A DNA stretch of 64,000 nt from Eledone cirrhosa (taxonomy: Eukaryota), in the NCBI GenBank assembly GCA_964016885.1, contig OZ024741.1, forward strand, positions 205,654,001 through 205,718,000, written 5' to 3'. This document shows positions 55,101-64,000 of the stretch, in pieces; positions within the stretch are counted from its first letter, which is position 1, and every line of letters begins with the position of its first letter. Position numbers and translations under genes: made by a program. Under the pieces are notes generated by a model. The model was given only the letters and a program-made list of their open reading frames with translations, was not told where the DNA came from and searched no databases.

Positions 55101-58100
55101 GTGGTGGCAGTGTTGGTGATGGTAGTAATGATGGTGGTGGTGGTAGTGTTGGTGGTGGTGATGGTGGTAATGATGGTGGTGGCGGTAGTGTTGGTGTTGG
55201 TGATGGTGGTTATTATGGTGCTGGTGGCAGTGTTGGTGATGGTGGTAATGATGGTGGTGGTGGCAGTGTTGGTGTTGGTGATGGTGGTAATGATGGTGGT
55301 GGTGGCAGTGGTGGTGTTGGTGATGGTGGTAATGATGGTGGTGGTGGCAGTGGTGGTGTTGGTGATGGTGGTAATAATGGTGGTCGTGGCAGTGTTGGTG
55401 TTGGTGGTAATGATGGTGGTGGTGGCAGTGGTGGTGTTGGTGATGGTTGTAATGATGGTGGTGGTGGCAGTGTTGGTGTTGGTGATGGTGGTAATGATGG
55501 TGGTGGTGGCAGTGGTGGTGTTGGTGATGGTGGTAATGATGGTGGTGGTGGCAGTGGTGGCGTTGGTGATGGTGGTAATAATGGTGGTCGTGGCAGTGGT
55601 GGTGTTGGTGGTAATGATGGTGGTGGTGGTGGTGGCAGTGCTGGTGATGGTGGTAATGATGGTGGGGGTGGCAGTGCTGGTGTTGGTGATGGTGGTAATG
55701 ATGGTGGTGGTGGCAGTGTTGGTGTTGGTGATGGTGGTAATGATGGTTGTGGTGGCAGTGTTGGTGTTGATGGTAATGATGATGGTGGTGGCAGTGCTGG
55801 TGATGGTGGTAATGATGGTGGGTGTGGCAGTGCTGGTGTTGGTGATAGTGGTAATGATGGTGGTGGTGGCAGTGTTGGTGTTGGTGATGGTGGTAATGAT
55901 GGTTGTGGTGGCAGTGTTGGTGTTGGTGATGGTGGTAATGATGGTTGTGGTGGCAGTGTTGGTGTTGATGGTAATGATGGTGGTGGTGACAGTGTTGGTG
56001 TTGGTGGTAATGATGGTGGTGTTGGTGGTGGCAGTGCTGGTGATGGTGGTAATGATGGTGGGGGTGGAAGTGCTGGTGTTGGTGATGGTGGTAATGATGT
56101 TGGTGGTGGCAGTGTTGGTGTTGGTGATGGTGGTAATGATGGTTGTGGTGGCAGTGTTGGTGTTGATGGTAATGATGGTGGTGGTGACAGTGTTGGTGTT
56201 GGTGGTAATGATGGTGGTGTTGGTGGTGGCAGTGCTGGTGATGGTGGTAATGATGGTGGGGGTGGAAGTGCTGGTGTTGGTGATGGTGGTAATGATGTTG
56301 GTGGTGGCAGTGTTGGTGTTGGTGATGGTGGTAATGATGGTTGTGGTGGCAGTGTTGGTGTTGATGGTAATGATGGTGGTGGTGACAGTGTTGGTGTTGG
56401 TGGTAATGATGGTGGTGGTGGTGGTGGCAGTGTTGGTGATGGTAGTAATGATGGTGGTGGTGGTAGTGTTGGTGTTCGTGATGGTGGTAATGATGGTTGT
56501 GGTGGCAGTGTTGGTGATGGTAGTAATGATGGTGGTGGTGGTAGTGTTGGTGGTGGTGATGGTGGTAATGATGGTGGTGGTGGCAGTGTTGGTGTTGGTG
56601 GTAATGATGGTGGTGATGGCAGTGTTGGTGATGGTGGTAATGATGGTGGTGGTGGCAGCGTTGGTGTTCGTGATGGTGGTAATGATGGTAGTGGTGGCAG
56701 TATTGGTGATGGTGGTAATGATGGTGGTGGTGGCAGTGTTGGTGTTGGTGGTAATGATGGTGGTGGTGGCAGTGTTGGTGTTGGTGGTAATGATGGTGGT
56801 GGTGGCAGTGTTGATGATGGTGGTAATGATGGTGGTGGTGGCAGTGTTGGTGATGGTGGTAATAATGGTGGTGGTGGCAGTGTTGGTGATGGTGGTAATG
56901 ATGGTGGTGGTGTTGGTGCTGGTGTTGGTGATGGTGGTAATGATAGTGGTCGTGGCAGTGTTGGTGATGGTGGTGATGATGGTGGTGGTGGCAGTGTTGG
57001 TGATGGTGGTAATGATGGTGTTGGTGGCAGTGTTGGTGATGGTGATGATGATGGTGGTGGTGGCAGTGTTGGAGATGATGGTGCTGGTGGCAGTGTTGGT
57101 GATGGTAGTAATGGTGGTGGTGGTGGCAGTGTTGGTGATGGTAGTAATGGTGGTGGTGGTGGTAGTGTTGGTGGTGGTGATGGTGGTAATGATAGTGGTG
57201 GTGGCAGTGTTGGTGATGGTGGTAATGATGGCGGTGGTGGCAGTGTTGGTGTTCGTGATGGTGGTAATGATGGTTGTGGTGGCAGTGTTGGTGATGGTAG
57301 TAATGATGGTGGTGGTAGTAGTGTTGGTGTTGGTGGTGGTGATAATGATGGTGGCAGTGTTGGTGTTGGTGGTAATGATGGTGGTGGTGGCAGTGTTGGT
57401 GATCGAGGTAATGATGGTGGTGGTGGCAGTGTTGGTGTTGATGGTAATGATGGTGGTGGTGGCAGTGTTGGTGATGGTGGTAATGATGGTGGTGGTGGCA
57501 GTGTTGTTGTTGGTGATGGTGGTAATGATGGTGGTGTTGGCAGTGTTGGTGATGGTGTTAATGATGGTGGTGGTGGCAGTGTTGGTGATGGTGGTAATGA
57601 TGGTGGTGGTGGCAGTGTTGGTGATGGTGGTAATGATGGTGGTGGTGGCAGTGTTGGTGATGGTGGTAATGATGGTGGTGGTGGCAGTGTTGGTGATGGT
57701 GGTAATGATGGTGATGGTGGCAGTGTTGATGTTGGTGATGGTGCTAATGATGGTGGTGGTGGCAGTGATGGTGATGGTGGTATGGTGGTGGTGGTGGTGG
57801 TAGTGTTGATGTTGGTGATGGTGGTAATGATGTTGGTGGTGTCAGTGCTGGTGTGGGTGATGGTGGTAATGATGGTGGTGGTGGCAGTGTTGGTGATGGT
57901 GGTAATGGTGGTGGTGGCGGCAGTGTTGGTGTTGGTGATGGTGGTAATGATGGTGGTGGTGGCAGTGTTGGTGTTGGTGGTAATGATCGTGGTGGTGGCA
58001 GTGTTGGTGATGGTGGTGATGATGGTGGTGGTGGCAATGTTGGTGATGGTGGTGATGATGGTGGTGGTGGCAGTGTTGGTGATGGTGGTAATGATGGTGG

Positions 58101-61100
58101 TGGTGGCAGTGTTGGTGTTGATGGTAATGATGGTGGTGGTGGTAGTGTTGGTGGTGGTGATGGTGGTAATGATGGTGGTGGTGGCAGTGTTGGTGATGGT
58201 AGTAATGATGGTGGTGGTGGTAGTGTTGGTGGTGGTGATGGTGGTAATGATGGTGGTGGCGGTAGTGTTGGTGTTGGTGATGGTGGTTATTATGGTGCTG
58301 GTGGCAGTGTTGGTGATGGTGGTAATGATGGTGGTGGTGGCAGTGTTGGTGTTGGTGATGGTGGTAATGATGGTGGTGGTGGCAGTGGTGGTGTTGGTGA
58401 TGGTGGTAATGATGGTGGTGGTGGCAGTGGTGGTGTTGGTGATGGTGGTAATAATGGTGGTCGTGGCAGTGTTGGTGTTGGTGGTAATGATGGTGGTGGT
58501 GGCAGTGGTGGTGTTGGTGATGGTTGTAATGATGGTGGTGGTGGCAGTGTTGGTGTTGGTGATGGTGGTAATGATGGTGGTGGTGGCAGTGGTGGTGTTG
58601 GTGATGGTGGTAATGATGGTGGTGGTGGCAGTGGTGGCGTTGGTGATGGTGGTAATAATGGTGGTCGTGGCAGTGGTGGTGTTGGTGGTAATGATGGTGG
58701 TGGTGGTGGTGGCAGTGCTGGTGATGGTGGTAATGATGGTGGGGGTGGCAGTGCTGGTGTTGGTGATGGTGGTAATGATGGTGGTGGTGGCAGTGTTGGT
58801 GTTGGTGATGGTGGTAATGATGGTTGTGGTGGCAGTGTTGGTGTTGATGGTAATGATGATGGTGGTGGCAGTGCTGGTGATGGTGGTAATGATGGTGGGT
58901 GTGGCAGTGCTGGTGTTGGTGATAGTGGTAATGATGGTGGTGGTGGCAGTGTTGGTGTTGGTGATGGTGGTAATGATGGTTGTGGTGGCAGTGTTGGTGT
59001 TGGTGATGGTGGTAATGATGGTTGTGGTGGCAGTGTTGGTGTTGATGGTAATGATGGTGGTGGTGACAGTGTTGGTGTTGGTGGTAATGATGGTGGTGTT
59101 GGTGGTGGCAGTGCTGGTGATGGTGGTAATGATGGTGGGGGTGGAAGTGCTGGTGTTGGTGATGGTGGTAATGATGTTGGTGGTGGCAGTGTTGGTGTTG
59201 GTGATGGTGGTAATGATGGTTGTGGTGGCAGTGTTGGTGTTGATGGTAATGATGGTGGTGGTGACAGTGTTGGTGTTGGTGGTAATGATGGTGGTGGTGG
59301 TGGTGGCAGTGCTGGTGATGGTGGTAATGATGGTGGGTGTGGCAGTGCTGGTGTTGGTGATGGTGATAATGATGTTGGTGGTGGCAGTGTTGGTGTTGGT
59401 GATGGTGGTAATGATGGTTGTGGTGGCAGTGTTGGTGTTGATGGTAATGATGGTGGTGGTGACAGTGTTGGTGTTGGTGGTAATGATGGTGGTGGTGGTG
59501 GTGGCAGTGCTGGTGATGGTGGTAATGATGGTGGGGGTGGAAGTGCTGGTGTTGGTGATGGTGGTAATGATGGTGGTGGTGGCAGTGTTGGTGTTGGTGA
59601 TGGTGGTAATGATGGTGGTGGTGGCAGTGTTGGTGTTGGTGGTGGTGGTAGTGTTGATGTTGGTGATGGTGGTAATGATGTTGGTGGTGGCAGTGCTGGT
59701 GTTGGTGATGGTGGTAATGATGGTGGTGGTGGTAGTGTTAGTGATGGTGGTAATGTAGGTGGTGGCGCAGTGTTGGTGTTGGTGATGGTGGTAATGATGG
59801 TGGTGGTGGCAGTGTTGGTGTTGGTGGTAATGATGGTGGTGGTGGCAGTGTTGGTGATGGTGGTGATGATGGTGGTGGTGGCAGTGTTGGTGATGGTGGT
59901 GATGATGGTGGTGGTGGCAGTGTTGGTGATGGTGGTAATGATGGTGGTGGTGGCAGTGTTGGTGATGATGGTGCTGGTGGCAGTGTTGGTGATGGTAGTA
60001 ATGGTGGTGGTGGTGGTAGTGTTGGTGATGGTGGTGATGATGGTGGTGGTGGCAGTGTTGGTGATGGTGGTAATGATGGTGGTGCTGGCAGTGTTGGAGA
60101 TGATGGTGCTGGTGGCAGTGTTGGTGATGGTAATAATGGTGGTCGTGGCAGTGTTGGTGATGGTGGCAATGTGGGAGATGATGGTGCTGGTGGCAGTGTT
60201 GGTGTTTTTGGTAGTGATGGTGGTGGTGGCAGTGTTGGTGATGGTGGTAATGATGGTGGTGGTGGCAGTGTTGGTGTTGGCGATGGTGGTAATGATGGTT
60301 GTGGTGGCAGTGTTGGTGTTGATGGTAATGATGGTGGTGGTGGTGGTGGCAGTGCTGTTGATGGTGGTAATGATGGTGGGGGTGGCAGTGCTGGTGTTGG
60401 TGATGGTGGTAATGATGGTGGTGGTGGCAGTGTTGGTGTTGGCGATGGTGGTAATGATGGTGGTGGTGACAGTGTTGGTGTTGGTGGTAATGATGGTGGT
60501 GGTGGTGGTGGCAGTGCTGGTGATGGTGGTAATGATGGTGGGGGTGGCAGTGCTGGTGTTGGTGATGGTGGTAATGATGGTGGTGGTGGCAGTGTTGGTG
60601 TTGGTGATGGTGGTAATGATGGTGGTGGTGGCAGTGTTGGTGTTGGTGATGGTGGTAATGATGGTAGTGGTGGCAGTATTGGTGATGGTGGTAATGATGG
60701 TGGTGGTGGCAGTGTTGGTGTTGGTGGTAATGATGGTGGTGGTGGCAGTGTTGGTGTTGGTGGTAATGATGGTGGTGGTGTCAGTGTTGATGATGGTGGT
60801 AATGATGGTGGTGGTGGCAGTGTTGGTGATGGTGGTAATAATGGTGGTGGTGGCAGTGTTGGTGATGGTGGTAATGATGGTGGTGGTGTTGGTGCTGGTG
60901 TTGGTGATGGTGGTAATGATGGTGGTGGTGGCAGTGTTGGTGTTGGTGATGGTGGTAATAATGGTGGTCGTGGCAGTGTTGGTGTTGGTGGTAATGATGG
61001 TGGTGGTGGCAGTGTTGATGATGGTGGTAATGATGGTGGTGGTGGCAGTGTTGGTGTTGTTGATGGTGGTGGTGTTGTTGATGGTGGTTATTATGGTGGT

Positions 61101-64000
61101 GGTGGCAGTGTTATTGATGGTGGTAATGATGGTGGTGGTGTTGGTGCTGGTGTTGGTTTTGGTGGTAATGATATTGGTCGTGGCAGTGTTGGTGATAGTG
61201 GTAATGATGGTGGTGGTGGCAGTGTTGGTGATGGTGGTGATGATGGTGGTGGTGGCAGTGTTGGTGATGGTGGTAATGATGGTGGTGGTGGCAGTGTTGG
61301 TGTTGATGGTAATGATGGTGGCGGTGGCAGTGTTAGTGTTGATGGTAATGATGGTGGTGGTGGCAATGTGGGAGATGATGGTGCTGGTGGCAGTGTTGGT
61401 GATGGTAGTAATGATGGTGGTGGTGGTAGTGTTGGTGTTGGTGATGGTGGTAATGATGGTGGTGGTGGCAGTGTTGGTGTTGATGGTAATGATGGTGGTG
61501 GTGGCAGTGTTAGTGTTGATGGTAATGATGGTGGTGCTGGCAGTGTTGGAGATGATGGTGCTGGTGGCAGTGTTGGTGATGGTAGTAATGGTGGTGGTGG
61601 TGGTAGTGTTGGTGTTGGTGTTGGTGGTAATGATGGTGGTGGTGGCAGTGTTGATGATGGTGGTAATGATGGTGGTGGTGGCAGTGTTAGTGTTGATGGT
61701 AATGATGGTAGTGGTGGCAATGTGGGAGATGATGGTGCTGGTGGCAGTGTTGGTGATGGTAGTAATGATGGTGGTGGTGGTAGTGTTGGTGGTGGTGATG
61801 GTGGTAATGATGGTTATAGTGGCAGTGTTGGTGATGGTAGTAATGATGGTGGTGGTGGTAGTGTTGGTGTTCGTGATGGTGGTAATGATGGTGGTGGGGG
61901 CAGTGTTGGTGTTGGTGGTAATGATGGTGGTGGTGGCAGTGTTGGTGATGGTGGTAATGATGGTGGTGGTGGCAGCGTTGGTGTTCGTGATGGTGGTAAT
62001 GATGGTAGTGGTGGCAGTATTGGTGATGGTGGTAATGATGGTGGTGGTGGCAGTGTTGGTGTTGGTGGTAATGATGGTGGTGGTGGCAGTGTTGGTGTTT
62101 TTGGTAATGATGGTGGTGGTGGCAGTGTTGGTGATGGTGGTAATGATGGTGGAGGTGGCAGTGTTGGTGTTGGTGATGGTGGTAATGATGGTTGTGGTGG
62201 CAGTGTTGGTGTTGATGGTAATGATGGTGGTGGTGACAGTGTTGGTGTTGGTGGTAATGATGGTGGTGGTGGTGGTGGCAGTGCTGGTGATGGTGGTAAT
62301 GACGGTGGGGGTGGCAGTACTGGTGTTGGTGATGGTGGTAATGATGGTGGTGGTGGCAGTGTTGGTGTTGGTGATGGTGGTAATGATGGTGGTGGTGGCA
62401 GTGTTGGTGTTGGTGATGGTGGTAATGATGGTAGTGGTGGCAGTATTGGTGATGGTGGTAATGATGGTGGTGGTGGCAGTGTTGGTGTTGGTGGTAATGA
62501 TGGTGGTGGTGGCAGTGTTGGTGTTGGTGGTAATGATGTTGGTGGTGGCAGTGTTGATGATGGTGGTAATGATGGTGGTGGTGGCAGTGTTGGTGATGGT
62601 GGTAATAATGGTGGTGGTGGCAGTGTTGGTGATGATGGTAATGATGGTGGCGGTGTTGGTGCTGGTGTTGGTGATGGTGGTAATGATGGTGGTGGTGGCA
62701 GTGTTGGGGATGGTGGTAATGATGGTGTTGGTGACAGTGTTGGTGATGGTGATGATGATGGTGGTGGTGGCAGTGTTGGAGATGATGGTGCTGGTGGCAG
62801 TGTTGGTGATGGTAGTAATGGTGGTGGTGGTGGCAGTGTTGGTGATGGTAGTAATGGTGGTGGTGGTGGTAGTGTTGGTGGTGGTGATGGTGGTAATGAC
62901 GGTGGTGGTGGCAGTGTTGGTGATGGTGGTAATGATGGCGGTGGTGGCAGTGTTGGTGTTCGTGATGGTGGTAATGATGGTTGTGGTGGCAGTGTTGGTG
63001 ATGGTAGTAATGATGGTGGTGGTGGTAGTGTTGGTGTTGGTGGTGGTGATAATGATGGTGGCAGTGTTGGTGTTGGTGGTAATGATGGTGGTGGTGGCAG
63101 TGTTGGTGATCGTGGTAATGATGGTGGTGGTGGCAGTGTTGGTGTTGATGGTAATGATGGTGGTGGTGGCAGTGTTGGTGATGGTGGTAATGATGGTGGT
63201 GGTGGCAGTGTTGTTGTTGGTGATGGTGGTAATGATGGTGGTGGTGGCAGTGTTGGTGGTGGTGGCAGTGTTGGTGTTGGTGGTAATGATGGTTGTGGTG
63301 GCAGTTTTGATGATGGCGGTAATGATGGTGGTGGTGGCAGTGTTGGTGTTGGTGGTAATGATGGTGGTGTTGGCAGTGTTGGTGATGGTGGTAATGATGG
63401 TGGTGGTGGCAGTGTTGGTGATGGTGGTAATGATGGTGGTGGTGGCAGTGTTGGTGATGGTGGTAATGATATTGGTGCTGGCAGTGTTGGTGATGGTGGT
63501 AATGATGGTGATGGTGGCAGTGTTGATGTTGGTGATGGTGCTAATGATGGTGGTGGTGGCAGTGATGGTGATGGTGGTAATGATGGTGGTGGTGGCAGTG
63601 TTGGTGATGGTGGTAATGATGGTGGTGGTGGCAGTGTTGGTGATGGTGGTGATGATGGTGGTGGTGGCAGTGTTGGTGTTGGTGGTAATGATGGTGGTGG
63701 TGGCAGTGTTGGTGATGGTGGTGATGATGGTGGTGGTGGCAGTGTTGGTGATGGTGGTGATGATGGTGGTGGTGGCAGTGTTGGTGTTGGTGGTAATGAT
63801 GGTGGTGGTGGCAGTGTTGGTGATAGTGGTAATGATGGTGGTGGTGGCAGTGTTGGTGTTGGTTGTAATGATGGTGGTGGTGGCAGTGTTGGTGATGGTG
63901 ATGATGATCGTGGTGGTGGCAGTGTTGGTGATGGTGGTGAAGATGGTGGTGGTGGCAGTGTTGGTGATGGTGGTGGTGGCAGTGTTGGTGATGATGGTGC
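22180..64000. repeat. Giant triplet-phased G-rich minisatellite array; 36-bp consensus GGC AGT GTT GGT GAT GGT GGT AAT GAT GGT GGT GGT with 33/39/42-bp variants; open at the right edge
   Basis: GGCAGTGTTGGT recurs about every 36 bp for >41 kb; kb-scale duplications are marked by rare shared variants. Confidence 0.97.

Noticed and set aside
21954-59758. Giant ORFs (8139, 9530, 4924 aa and others) as annotated CDS
   Set aside because: They overlap in several frames on both strands. Stops are compositionally excluded by the invariant T, and the ORFs swap amino-acid character at frameshifts. Kept only as a hypothesis in the findings.
26020-62800. GCTGGTGG (E. coli Chi) occurrences in the array
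   Set aside because: A single-base variant of (GGT)n, irrelevant in a eukaryote
22180-64000. Telomeric repeat
   Set aside because: No TTAGGG-type units; a subtelomeric location cannot be judged from this window

Overview
Eukaryotic, AT-rich, microsatellite-rich repetitive DNA. The repeat content resembles a cephalopod (octopus-like) genome, which is an inference. No convincing host protein-coding gene is visible. The window has two parts. (1) About 1-21.5 kb is a transposon nest whose main junctions I resolved to the base. A Helitron helicase remnant (about 1015-1194 plus 20271-20450, minus strand) is split by a degenerate Mag-like Gypsy LTR element (1195-20270, 5-bp TSD AACAG). The Gypsy pol is split exactly at an A^T site by a 15.5-kb block with Helitron termini (TC at 3094, hairpin plus CTAG at 18561). 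That block holds non-autonomous Helitrons, a hAT MITE, a degenerate Penelope-like element (PLE) with a hammerhead ribozyme, a PLE with an intact 774-aa ORF and pseudo-LTRs, a CRE-type LINE, and a 547-bp tandem/inverted duplication. (2) About 22.2-64 kb, running off the window end, is a >41-kb G-rich, triplet-phased 36-bp minisatellite with kb-scale higher-order duplications. Its huge ORFs are best explained by repeat composition.
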